Below, in pieces: positions 8,471 through 18,665 of a DNA stretch of 64,000 nucleotides. Both the position numbers and the translations under genes were made by a program. Every line of letters starts with the position of its first letter. The stretch's first letter is position 1. The notes under the pieces were generated by a model. That model worked only from the letters and a program-made list of their open reading frames with translations, ran no database searches and was not told where the DNA came from. The stretch comes from an uncultured Bifidobacterium sp. (GTDB taxonomy: Bacteria > Bacteroidota > Bacteroidia > AKYH767-A > OLB10), in NCBI GenBank assembly GCA_964534995.1, contig CAZHSC010000002.1, positions 16,213-80,212 of the forward strand, given 5' to 3'.

Positions 8471-11400
8471 TTATGAACGCGGGAAGGTAATGATGACCTT
8501 CAGTCCCTCCTCTCCATTAACAGTTATTGCCCCTTTCATCATACTCACAAGGCCTTTCACCAAGGAGAAGCCCATCGTATTTGATGCTTCCCAGTTAAAT
8601 GTTATTGGCAAGCCTCTTCCGTCGTCTATGACTTCTATGACATGGTAATCGCCCTGCATTTGCAGGGTAACGGAAATGTTGCCCTGTTCACGGCCTTTAA
8701 ATCCGTGGCGACAACTGTTGGAAATAATTTCATTGATGATCAACGCACAGGCCATCCTCTCTGCACGGCCCAAATTAAAGCCGTCGCCTTTAAGATGGTA
8801 CTTCATCATTATCCCCTTTTCAGCAAATTCCCTGCTGTATTTTTCACAGATGGCCATAATCACCGTCTTGAAACCGTTTCCATCATCGGTAAACAGGTTG
8901 CCATTCAGCAATGACAAAACTTCCACTCTGTTACAGGAGTCCATGAGCACTTCATTTGCCCTCTCCTCAACAACAAACTGCCTTTGCAAATTCAACAAAT
9001 GCGCCGATAGTTGAATTTCACTATTTAAGGAATTTTCCAGTAATTTATTAGCGGTCATGAGTTCCCGGTTTGTGCTTTCTTCTCTGTTCAATTGTTCAAT
9101 ATCACGGGTTCTGTCCCTGAAGGTCATCAGCATTTTAACAGGAGAGCCTTCCTGTGAATCATGAAAAGGCAGCGTGGTAAACATCAACCATTTCATATGG
9201 CCGGAAGGTAGCTTCACCCCCATCAACGAAGGATTCATCCTTTGATGATTCTCAACTGAAAGGAACAGGGAATTGCGTTCACGGGGAACCACTTCCCCAT
9301 TTTCATTCATCATTTGAAAGTCAAAAATTTCAGACATGGTTTTTCCAGGCAGGGCTGAAGAGGAGGAGAGGATATCCATGGCAGCATCGTTACAGAATTC
9401 CAGCTTGCTCATCGGATCAAATACCATCAGGCCATCCGGATGGTGAGTAAGAGCGGTGCGGTAAAGCCTCACTCTGTCAGAGAGAGAGGTATGGAGTTCC
9501 TTCTTTTCGAGGGCGGAGCCAATAAGATCTGCGACAGACCTCAGCAACTGAACATCATTAGTTAACCACTGACGCTCCTTTTCGCAGGAGTCAAAGCCCA
9601 GAAAGCCCCACCAGTTTTCATCCACAAAAACCGGAACAACAAGCAAAGATTTAATATCCTGCTCTTCCAGCACTTTCCTTTCATCCGCAGGAAATTCTTT
9701 AATATTTCCCAGTAATGCTTCGCCAGCCGAAAGTACATCAACCCATCTTTTAAAACCATTTTCATGGAGATTAAATCTCTTTAACTCTTCATTATCGATT
9801 TGCGGAGATACAATACCGTCAGTCCACTCCAAAATCTGGCTGGTAATAATGTCACCGGTGTCAGCAAGTACTGTATTTTTAAAAAGATAAATACGGCTCA
9901 CATCATAAGATTCCCCGATTTTATTCAACAGGAGTTGCAATGACTGATCCAATTCCGAATCCGTTATCATCTTCATGGAAATTGCGGAAACGAATTCAAG
10001 CAAGGCATTTTTCCTTTTTATTTCCGACTCCGCAACCTTACTTTTCGTAATATCGATTACAATTCCACGGAAAGTTAAAGCATTGTTTGGTGGATCCTGC
10101 ACCACCTTCACAATGGCCCTTACCCATACATAATGTCCATATACATGACGAAGCCGGTGTTCCGAATCATAACCTGAATTATTCTTTACCGCCTCCGATA
10201 TCAGGTGTTTCATATATGCCAGATCATCGGGATGAAGGATAGACAAAAAATACCTGAATAATTCCTTTCCGCTCTTCTCTGATGAAAGTCCGACTATATC
10301 GTACAACTGATCCGACCAGATGACCGATTGCCCGGCCACATCAAATTCAAATGAACCGAAGGCACCATATGTACTGGCCTCAGCCAATATCGCATTCAGT
10401 TTTTCATTGGCAAATTGTAAATTTCTTTCCCTGGTTATATTTTTAATGCTTACCAGGATCAGTTCAGTATCTGTAACTTTGATCAGCCTGGCTTTATAAA
10501 AACCAAGGGCGTTCTTTAACTTCAGGTCATAATAGAAATCCGCTGAATAATCCCGTAAATCCAGTTCCTTTCTCGCTTTTTGATATACTGAAATAACATT
10601 TTCAGGCATTACATCCTCCACTTTCTTACCAATAAAATCGGAGCGGTCAGCAAACAACCTGACATCATCGCGGGCATATATATCTATAAAAACATCCTCT
10701 TCATTTACGAGCAGGACTATATCATCCATGCACTTTAACAACGCCTCCATTTCAACCTGTTTCTTTAAAATGCTGGTTTCCGTTTCCTTTTGCCGGGTAA
10801 TGTCAAAAACGGATCCATAGGTAATTACTGTGCCATCCTCATTAAACTTATGTAAGGCGTGCAAGAGGAAACAGTGGTTTTCAGGTTTCAACTCAGGTGA
10901 CAACCGGAACTCCAGTTCCATTGTTGTCCGGTTCGCAATTGAAGTTGAAAGGGCAGAAAAGAACTTTTCCCTGTCTTCCTGTCGTAAAGAAGCAACAATA
11001 TTATCATAGGATTCAAATGCCATTTCCCTGGTTAAATTCAGATACTGTTCCACCCCATCGCTTATAAATAAAAACTTTCTGACACCCGACGGGTCCATTT
11101 TCACAATATAAATAACACCGGGAACCGATGCGCTGATATCCTTCAACTGATCGCTATGGAAATGTACTTCGGTGAGGAGATTATTTCTTTCCATCAACAA
11201 GCCAACCACGTTGGCTGCCCGGAGGAGTAAACTCATTTCATAATCGGTAAATTCATGCACTTCCGTGAAATATGCCCCGAGGGTACCTAATACGAGTCCA
11301 TCGCTGCTGATGAGCGGGAATGCGCTGCAGGCATAAAAACCATTCAACAGGGTGATATCCCTGTAATTTTCCCAACATGCGTGTTCCCTGATATCACTGA

Positions 11401-12451
11401 TCAATACAGGCTCCATCATTAATGCCGAAAGGCCAAAGGAACCGCTATTGGAATCAATAGGGATTTCACCAATATAATCGCAATAGGAACCAGGAATACC
11501 CGGGTTGCTCAGCCAATTTAAAGCCAGGGCGTCTTTTTTTTTCTGCATTACAAAGCATTTCATGCCGGGAACCATGGCTTCAATTCCTTCCAGAAAAGTA
11601 TCAATCACTGCATTCATATCCTTGCTCTCAAAAGCTTTTTCAAAAACGGCAGACTCCAGTGCATCCAGTCGCATCATACGCCATTTAGCAGTAATATCCC
11701 TGATAAAAAAGGATACGCTTTCCACTACCTCATTGATAAAGATGGGATTTACTGATATTTCGATATGGTAAATATCATCCAGCTTCACATCGAGTTCCCG
11801 CATCTGCTTTTCGCCGGCGCAAGCAGCGGATAAAAGAGGATACCATTGCTCATACAACATTTCAGGAATCAACTTGAGAATATTGGCCCCTTCAGCAATG
11901 GAAACATTAAAATAAGAGGATAATACATCACTGAACTTCTGGTTAAAGGTAATCAGTTCGCCATCGCATTTGACAATAAAAATATAATCATCGGCATTTT
12001 CGATGACCGATTTCAACGAAGACATGCTTTCATTTTCATGGGGCACATAGTGCTTAAGATCTGTAATATTCTGGCCCTGACCCCGGATAATTCCGGGCCG
12101 GATTTGCCAGCCATTCACCAGAAAGAAGTGCACTTCATTCACAGCAGACCTCAATCTTAACTCAAAGCGGCAGGATGCATCACTGTGTTCATTAAGGTCC
12201 GTGGGGAGCCTGCTTCGTTCCTTTAACATCTCAATATCTTCATTCCAGACGAAACGTTCTGCATACTCCAGGATCGACAGGGATTCAGGAACATTTTCAT
12301 GGCCCAGGGCCATCAGCACCTCCCGGTGCGGGCTGTCCAAATGGAGTATCAGATCAGTTGTTTCCAGTTCCCAACCGGCAACCTTCCGTAATATCTCATC
12401 CGCCAACCGGCTTCCCTTTACTGCATCGTCCTGTAACTTATTGCTGTTCAT
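8471..12451 (-). CDS. Multi-PAS/GAF sensor with HisKA_2/HATPase module, phospho-His apparently missing
   Basis: PAS/PAC and GAF segments (CWENYRDITLLNGFYACSAFPL; WWGFLGFD); HATPase N box NEIISNSCRHGF and G1 DDGRG; degenerate H-box. Confidence 0.85.
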   Translation of the reverse strand: MNSNKLQDDAVKGSRLADEILRKVAGWELETTDLILHLDSPHREVLMALGHENVPESLSILEYAERFVWNEDIEMLKERSRLPTDLNEHSDASCRFELRLRSAVNEVHFFLVNGWQIRPGIIRGQGQNITDLKHYVPHENESMSSLKSVIENADDYIFIVKCDGELITFNQKFSDVLSSYFNVSIAEGANILKLIPEMLYEQWYPLLSAACAGEKQMRELDVKLDDIYHIEISVNPIFINEVVESVSFFIRDITAKWRMMRLDALESAVFEKAFESKDMNAVIDTFLEGIEAMVPGMKCFVMQKKKDALALNWLSNPGIPGSYCDYIGEIPIDSNSGSFGLSALMMEPVLISDIREHACWENYRDITLLNGFYACSAFPLISSDGLVLGTLGAYFTEVHEFTDYEMSLLLRAANVVGLLMERNNLLTEVHFHSDQLKDISASVPGVIYIVKMDPSGVRKFLFISDGVEQYLNLTREMAFESYDNIVASLRQEDREKFFSALSTSIANRTTMELEFRLSPELKPENHCFLLHALHKFNEDGTVITYGSVFDITRQKETETSILKKQVEMEALLKCMDDIVLLVNEEDVFIDIYARDDVRLFADRSDFIGKKVEDVMPENVISVYQKARKELDLRDYSADFYYDLKLKNALGFYKARLIKVTDTELILVSIKNITRERNLQFANEKLNAILAEASTYGAFGSFEFDVAGQSVIWSDQLYDIVGLSSEKSGKELFRYFLSILHPDDLAYMKHLISEAVKNNSGYDSEHRLRHVYGHYVWVRAIVKVVQDPPNNALTFRGIVIDITKSKVAESEIKRKNALLEFVSAISMKMITDSELDQSLQLLLNKIGESYDVSRIYLFKNTVLADTGDIITSQILEWTDGIVSPQIDNEELKRFNLHENGFKRWVDVLSAGEALLGNIKEFPADERKVLEEQDIKSLLVVPVFVDENWWGFLGFDSCEKERQWLTNDVQLLRSVADLIGSALEKKELHTSLSDRVRLYRTALTHHPDGLMVFDPMSKLEFCNDAAMDILSSSSALPGKTMSEIFDFQMMNENGEVVPRERNSLFLSVENHQRMNPSLMGVKLPSGHMKWLMFTTLPFHDSQEGSPVKMLMTFRDRTRDIEQLNREESTNRELMTANKLLENSLNSEIQLSAHLLNLQRQFVVEERANEVLMDSCNRVEVLSLLNGNLFTDDGNGFKTVIMAICEKYSREFAEKGIMMKYHLKGDGFNLGRAERMACALIINEIISNSCRHGFKGREQGNISVTLQMQGDYHVIEVIDDGRGLPITFNWEASNTMGFSLVKGLVSMMKGAITVNGEEGLKVIITFPRS

Positions 12452-12542
12452 CTACGCTTTTTTTGTTTTATTATTCAGCTAAGAAATTTAAAACAAAAAG
12501 CGCCCTTACCGGACGCCAATCACATTTTTTTTCAACAATGAT

Positions 12543-13256
12543 TCAGGGTTTTTTCTGCAGCACCCCAGCCCTGTACACTTCGTTTTTGGAAATAGCGCCG
12601 GTTTTGTCATATTCGATCCAGGAGCCTTCTTTTAACCCGGCTCGGTAATTACCGCTTTCACGGATAGCACCATCTCCATAATAAATTTTTACGGGGCCAT
12701 TCTCCTTGTCCGTCTTATAAAACATTTCAAAAATCAACTTCCCGTTTTCATTATACTGACGGTATGCCCCTTCCCGTTTCCCTTTAAGATAATTTTTCTC
12801 CTCTGCCAAAATACCGGTTTCATAAAATACCTTCCATGTACCGCTGGGGACTCCTTTTATATAAAATTCTATTGCTTTAACGGAATCATTCTCTCCATAA
12901 AAAGTCCATAAACTGTCCTTTTTCAAGTCATAATACCTTCCCCTGGCCATCACTTTCCCGTTTTCATAAAAAGAAACCGCATTTGATCTTTTACCATCCT
13001 TATCAAAAACAACTTCCGCCTTTAATTTCCCACTTTCATACCAGGTACGGGAAATGCCTACCGGTACATCATTTTTAAAAACTGTTTCCGAACACAAGGT
13101 ATCGGTCCGAAAATATTTACGCCAGATTCCCTGCTTCAAGCCTGCTGCATCTTTGCGGTTAATGGTATCCCCTTTAAAAACCTGAAAAGAAGGTTTTTGT
13201 GCGGTAACCGGACATCCGGCGGCAATGAGCAGAAGAACCAAGACAGCCATTCGCAT
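12543..13256 (-). CDS. MORN-variant repeat protein (YwqK-like), secreted
   Basis: Repeats such as G.W..YYE.G.L..E..Y..G...G; signal peptide from MRMAVLVLLL (ORF track start 13313). Confidence 0.8.
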   Translation of the reverse strand: MRMAVLVLLLIAAGCPVTAQKPSFQVFKGDTINRKDAAGLKQGIWRKYFRTDTLCSETVFKNDVPVGISRTWYESGKLKAEVVFDKDGKRSNAVSFYENGKVMARGRYYDLKKDSLWTFYGENDSVKAIEFYIKGVPSGTWKVFYETGILAEEKNYLKGKREGAYRQYNENGKLIFEMFYKTDKENGPVKIYYGDGAIRESGNYRAGLKEGSWIEYDKTGAISKNEVYRAGVLQKKP

Positions 13257-13324
13257 GTTGCAAAAATGCGAATTCCAAATAACAAATAAAACCCTGAGCA
13301 TACTTCCCATCATTTCAAAAGCTA

Positions 13325-13332
13325 TACCTTGA
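13325..13332 (+). promoter_or_regulatory. -7 box (TACCTTTG) for the TonB-dependent receptor
   Basis: Exact TAnnTTTG in the divergent intergenic region. Confidence 0.5.
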
Positions 13333-13409
13333 TTACCATATTCATTAACGTAAAATAATTTATCTTATTTTTGTTTAGTGAGCACTTAATTATCCCTACT
13401 GCCCCCCCT

Positions 13410-16175
13410 ATGCGACCTACCGTTCTGCTTATCATGTTTCTGCTTCTAAACCTGAACAACTATGCCCAAGTGCTCAAAGGCAATGTGAAAGATGCCAAAA
13501 GCAAGGAGGGTCTGATTGGCGCCAGTATTGCGCTAAAAGGAACCTCCATGGGAACCACCACCGATATGGAAGGTGATTTCAGCCTGGAAACACCGGACAA
13601 TAAAGAAATTACGATCATCGTATCCTACATAGGTTTCCAGACAAAGGAAATCAATATCAGCAAGACCGGTACCTTTTTACAGGTGTACCTCAACCCTGGC
13701 GAGAAGACCTTGAAAGAAGTAAGTGTGGTGGAATCGCGCTTAACCGAAAAGCAACGGGAATCGGCATTAACTGTTGAAGCCATGGACATCATCGCCATCA
13801 AGCAAACCCCGGCAGCGAATTTCTATGATGGTCTTGGTGCGTTGAAAGGGGTAGATGTTACTGCAGCCAGCCTTGGCTTTAAAGTAGTCAATACGCGAGG
13901 ATTCAATAGCACTTCACCGGTCCGCTCGCTGCAAACCATTGATGGCATCGACAACCAGGCACCCGGATTAAACTTTTCGCTGGGCAACTTCCTGGGATGT
14001 TCCGAGCTGGATATATTAAAAGTTGACCTCGTAGCGGGGGCAAGTTCGGCATTTTACGGGCCCAACGCCTTTAATGGCGTTATCGCCATGAACACGAGAA
14101 GTCCGTTTTTCAAACCGGGCCTGGAAGTGAGCGTAAAGACCGGCACTCGCGATTTGCTGGAGACAGCTATACGGTATGCCTTCGTAAAGAAAAATAAAGA
14201 AGGAGTTGAAAAACTCGGTATGAAATTCAACGCATTCTATCTTACTGCCAATGATTGGGAGGCCGACAACAGGGATGCCACCCCACAATCGAAAAGCAAC
14301 AAGGATAATCCGGGTGGATATGATGCAGTCAATGTGTATGGCGATGAATATTATTCCGGAGGGGATTTCAGTCTCGTACCTGCGCTGAGGCCCGGGATTG
14401 GCATTATTTACAGAAGTGGTTACGCGGAAAAAGACATCGTTGACTATAATACCAGGAATCTGAAATTAAATACGGCCTTGCACTATAAAGTAACAAAGGA
14501 AACCGAACTGATAGCCAGTTCGAATTTTGGCTATGGTACAACGGTTTATCAGGGCGACAACCGATACAGCCTGAAAGACATACTTTTTTTTCAGAACCGG
14601 ATTGAAATCCGCAAGCCGGACAAATTCTTTTTAAGAGGATACATCACCAATGAAAATGCCGGCAATTCCTACGACGCCTTCTTTACGGCACTGCTGCTTC
14701 AAAACGCAGTAAAGGATGATGCGGACTATGTTAAAGACTATGTCTATTTTTTCAACAGCAACAATTACTTTCAGAAAATCAGGAATTTCCCGGGATTTCC
14801 ACAACCATCACAATATCCGGAATACATACAGTATCTGGCTGCCATTAATCCCTTCCTGTTGAATAATTATTATGACTCCCTGCAACTGTATCATGCAGGT
14901 GCCGCCGCCTACGCCAACAGTGCCGGACAAAGCATTCTGAATAATCAGGCATTTTTTCAACCCGGAACTGCCGCTTTTGACTCAGCATTCCAAAGCATCA
15001 CATCCCGCGAAACCTACGCCGGCGGCGGATCAAAGTTTTATGACAAGTCAGCACTTTACCATATTCATGGTGAGTATAAATTCAGTATTGACAGTTTTTT
15101 CTTTACCACCGGTGCCAACTTCAGAAAATATCTTCCCGATTCGAGGGGCACCATCTTCAGCGATACCTCGTCACGTGTAATTGAAAACGAGGAATACGGA
15201 ATCTATGCCGGAATAGACAAAAGAATTTTTAATGACAAAGTAAAAATCAACACATCCCTGAGGCTTGATAAAAATCAAAATTTCGACTACCTGTTTTCAC
15301 CGGCAGCTTCTGTTGTTTATAATCCTGACCAGCGGCAATCCTTCCGCCTTTCCTTCAGCTCAGCCATCCGTAACCCCACGCTGGCTGACCAGTATTTATA
15401 TTACCAGGTAGGAAGGGCTATCCTGATCGGGAATCTGAATGGCTATGATTCACTGGTAACGATAGAATCCTTATACAACGGATTCAATTATCAGAACATT
15501 GACACGCTTGATTATTTTAACGTTGACCCGGTACAACCTGAAGAAGTTAAAACCATAGAAGCCGGATACCGGGTAACGCTCTTCAGAAGATTATTTGTGG
15601 ATATGAATGGCTATTACAGCATTTACAAAAATTTTATAGGATACAAATTAGGCGCCGATGTCACTGTATCGCCAGGCTCCCCATTGCCCATATTTTTCAA
15701 CAATGCGCTGAGGGTCGCCACCAATTCGGATGACATCGTCACTACCCAGGGTTTCACCATTGGATTTAATTATTATTTCAATAAATTTTATACGTTCTCG
15801 GGCAACTGGTCGTGGAACCAGCTTGACAGGCAGGGTTCCGACGACCCTTTGATTCCGGCTTTTAACACTCCGAAAAACAAATTCAATGTAGGCATCGGTG
15901 GTATGGATATTGACAACAAAATCGGCAGCAACTGGGGTTTCAATATCAATTACAAATGGGTACAGGGATTTTTATTTGAAGGTTCTCCTCAGTTTACAGG
16001 TTCCATTGATGATTACGGCATTGTTGACGCGCAGATCAATAAACGTTTCCCCGAAACAAAAACGACATTGAAGTTTGGTTGTTCAAATGTGCTGGAAAAC
16101 CTTCACTATGAAGTATACGGAGGTCCGCTGATTGGCCGGTTGCTCTACCTGCAGTTACTGGTGGAACTCAACTAA
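13410..16175 (+). CDS. TonB-dependent outer membrane receptor with N-terminal carboxypeptidase-regulatory-like domain
   Basis: LKGNVKDAKSKEGLIGASI N-domain, LKEVSVV TonB box region, plug NTRGFNS…GASSAFYGPNAFNGVI, beta-barrel C-terminus; no adjacent susD. Confidence 0.9.
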   Translation: MRPTVLLIMFLLLNLNNYAQVLKGNVKDAKSKEGLIGASIALKGTSMGTTTDMEGDFSLETPDNKEITIIVSYIGFQTKEINISKTGTFLQVYLNPGEKTLKEVSVVESRLTEKQRESALTVEAMDIIAIKQTPAANFYDGLGALKGVDVTAASLGFKVVNTRGFNSTSPVRSLQTIDGIDNQAPGLNFSLGNFLGCSELDILKVDLVAGASSAFYGPNAFNGVIAMNTRSPFFKPGLEVSVKTGTRDLLETAIRYAFVKKNKEGVEKLGMKFNAFYLTANDWEADNRDATPQSKSNKDNPGGYDAVNVYGDEYYSGGDFSLVPALRPGIGIIYRSGYAEKDIVDYNTRNLKLNTALHYKVTKETELIASSNFGYGTTVYQGDNRYSLKDILFFQNRIEIRKPDKFFLRGYITNENAGNSYDAFFTALLLQNAVKDDADYVKDYVYFFNSNNYFQKIRNFPGFPQPSQYPEYIQYLAAINPFLLNNYYDSLQLYHAGAAAYANSAGQSILNNQAFFQPGTAAFDSAFQSITSRETYAGGGSKFYDKSALYHIHGEYKFSIDSFFFTTGANFRKYLPDSRGTIFSDTSSRVIENEEYGIYAGIDKRIFNDKVKINTSLRLDKNQNFDYLFSPAASVVYNPDQRQSFRLSFSSAIRNPTLADQYLYYQVGRAILIGNLNGYDSLVTIESLYNGFNYQNIDTLDYFNVDPVQPEEVKTIEAGYRVTLFRRLFVDMNGYYSIYKNFIGYKLGADVTVSPGSPLPIFFNNALRVATNSDDIVTTQGFTIGFNYYFNKFYTFSGNWSWNQLDRQGSDDPLIPAFNTPKNKFNVGIGGMDIDNKIGSNWGFNINYKWVQGFLFEGSPQFTGSIDDYGIVDAQINKRFPETKTTLKFGCSNVLENLHYEVYGGPLIGRLLYLQLLVELN

Positions 16176-16179
16176 TTAT

Positions 16180-18660
16180 TTACAGCGGGTCAACATCAAC
16201 CTGAATGATCAGTTGACGGTTCTCCGGTTTTTTCCTGAACTCGTCCAGCGCTTTCGTGAGCTTTACTTTAACTTCCTTTATGACCAGTGATTTTTCGAGT
16301 TTAACCATCAGATGGCGCAGATAAAAGTTACGTATCCTGTTAACGCCCGGTGTGGTAGGGCCCAATATTCGTTTACCAAAAACCGATTTCAATTCAGCTG
16401 TTAAGTCGGCTGACATGCGGTCCAGCTGTTTTTCATCACGGTGCTTGAGGCGAATTTCTATCAAACGAAAATAAGGAGGATAGGAAAACTTATGTCTTTC
16501 ATTGAGTTCATGCATATAAAATCCTTTATAGTCATGATTCACCACAAAGGACAGCACGGGATTTTTAACGTCATAGGACTGAATAATTACTTTTCCATGT
16601 TTTCTTCTTCCTGCCCGTCCGCTCACCTGAGCCAGCAACTGGAAGCCGCGTTCATGCGCCCTGAATTCAGGGTAGTGAAGGATAGCATCGGCATTTAAAA
16701 TTCCTACCAGCTGAACCTTATCAAAATCGAGGCCTTTGGTTACCATTTGTGTACCTACGAGGATGTCCACTTCCCCTTCTTCGAAGGAAGTTATTATCCG
16801 GTGGTAGGATGATTTTGAACGGGTAGTATCGTAATCAAGCCGGGCAATGCGCGCCTCAGGAAAAATCAGCTGCAGGTCTTCTTCAATACGCTCTGTACCG
16901 AATCCTTTCATGCGCAAATCCCTGTCGCCACAGGCAGCACATTGCGAAGGCAATGATTGCACATATCCGCAATAGTGACATTGCAGCACATTCTTTTTCT
17001 TATGATAAGTCAACGACACATCACAATTGACACAAAGCGGCGTCCATGAACAGATATTACATTCAATAAAGGGTGCAAAGCCCCTTCGGTTTTGAAAAAG
17101 AATCGTTTGTTCACCACCAGCCAGCACAAAGCCCATTTCATCGATGAGCGCCTTTGAAAAATGACCTTTTACCTGCTTTCTTTTTCTGGCATCCCTCATA
17201 TCCACCATGCTCACTTCCGGCATTTCAAGTTCTGCATGCCTTCTGTCGAGGGTTACCAGTGCGTACTTTCCGGAAAGGGCGTTAAAATAAGATTCCAGAC
17301 TGGGTGTTGCGGTTCCCAGTACAATTTTAGCATCCTGTAGTCCTGCCATCACCACTGCCACATCCCTGGCATTATAACGGGGCGCGGGATCCACTTGTTT
17401 ATAGGAATGGTCATGCTCTTCGTCAACAATCACAAGGCCCAGTTTTGCGAAAGGCAGAAAGACTGCCGAACGGGCGCCAATCACTAATTTGCCCTGTGAG
17501 GATTCGAGTTGGTTATCTTCCAGAATTTTATTCCATACTTCCACCCGCTCCTGTTCATTAAACCGGGAATGATACACCAGCAATCTGTCACCAAAATGTT
17601 TCTGAAGGCGACCAATCAACTGGGTGGTCAAAGCAATCTCCGGCAGCAGGTAAAGCACCTGTTTACCGGCAGCAAGTTGCTCCATAATGAGGTGGATGTA
17701 CAATTCAGTTTTACCTGAGGAAGTAACGCCGTGTAGCAGAGACACCTTCCCTTCGGCATCAGCATGCTTTAACTCCTTGAGCGCCTGCACCTGGAAGGTA
17801 TTCAACTCAAATGGAGCAGATAATGGTCCTGTATACAATCCCACCCTGTCCTCTCTTTTTGAACTGATAACAAGTACACCCTTTTTTACGAGCGATTGCA
17901 AGGCAGCAGAAGAATTACCCGCCTTTTTCAGCAGCAGGCTTTTATACACATTTTTTTGCCCGGTATCCTTTGTGATTTGCAAAAAGGCCAGTAGCATATC
18001 CAGTTGCCTGGGCGCCTTTTTTTCGAGTGCGTTCATCAACCCGGCCAGGCTTTCCTCAGTATAGACCTCTTCATTTATCGAAACCAGGTCTACCATTTTC
18101 GCCTTGTAACGTTCCCCCACTTCCTCCCTGACAATGACCGCTTTTTTATTAATCATACTCCGTACCAGGGGCATCACAAACTTTAAAGAAAGTATCTTAC
18201 CGATTTCAACCAGCGACAATTCCGGCTGCAGTTCCAGTGCTTCATACACCATATATTCCTTATCGGTAAGGACAGAAGCATCGCCGTCAAAATCCTCATT
18301 TTTAACAATCACGGATTCACTTTGCAGACGCAAGGCGGAAGGCAAAGCGGCCGCCATGATATCTCCGGGAGTACAGAGGTAATAATCTGCAATCCATTTC
18401 CATAATTTCATTTGAAAACCGGTAATCACAGGGCGCTCGTCCAGCACATCCAGCAATGCCTTTACCTCATAGCCCGGTGGCGCGTTTCTGTGCCTATTGA
18501 CCACCAGGGCCGAATAAACCTTTTGTCTGCCAAACTGAACAACCACACGGATTCCTGGTATTATTTTGTCCACCATCGCTTCCGGTACCGCATAGGTAAA
18601 TGTTTCCGGCAGAGGCAGCGGGAGAACAACTTCCACAAAAAAGCCGGATTTAACTTCCAT
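16180..18660 (-). CDS. priA: Primosomal protein N'
   Basis: VVLPLPL, LHGVTSSGKTE, VDEEHD, CxxC zinc motifs (CNIC, CVNC, CHYC, CAAC), QVSGRAGR. Confidence 0.95.
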   Translation of the reverse strand: MEVKSGFFVEVVLPLPLPETFTYAVPEAMVDKIIPGIRVVVQFGRQKVYSALVVNRHRNAPPGYEVKALLDVLDERPVITGFQMKLWKWIADYYLCTPGDIMAAALPSALRLQSESVIVKNEDFDGDASVLTDKEYMVYEALELQPELSLVEIGKILSLKFVMPLVRSMINKKAVIVREEVGERYKAKMVDLVSINEEVYTEESLAGLMNALEKKAPRQLDMLLAFLQITKDTGQKNVYKSLLLKKAGNSSAALQSLVKKGVLVISSKREDRVGLYTGPLSAPFELNTFQVQALKELKHADAEGKVSLLHGVTSSGKTELYIHLIMEQLAAGKQVLYLLPEIALTTQLIGRLQKHFGDRLLVYHSRFNEQERVEVWNKILEDNQLESSQGKLVIGARSAVFLPFAKLGLVIVDEEHDHSYKQVDPAPRYNARDVAVVMAGLQDAKIVLGTATPSLESYFNALSGKYALVTLDRRHAELEMPEVSMVDMRDARKRKQVKGHFSKALIDEMGFVLAGGEQTILFQNRRGFAPFIECNICSWTPLCVNCDVSLTYHKKKNVLQCHYCGYVQSLPSQCAACGDRDLRMKGFGTERIEEDLQLIFPEARIARLDYDTTRSKSSYHRIITSFEEGEVDILVGTQMVTKGLDFDKVQLVGILNADAILHYPEFRAHERGFQLLAQVSGRAGRRKHGKVIIQSYDVKNPVLSFVVNHDYKGFYMHELNERHKFSYPPYFRLIEIRLKHRDEKQLDRMSADLTAELKSVFGKRILGPTTPGVNRIRNFYLRHLMVKLEKSLVIKEVKVKLTKALDEFRKKPENRQLIIQVDVDPL

Positions 18661-18665
18661 CCTGA

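Noticed and set aside
12543-13256. Toxin-antitoxin system suggested by the YwqK-like repeats
   Set aside because: No toxin gene is adjacent; secreted MORN-variant proteins are common in Bacteroidota.
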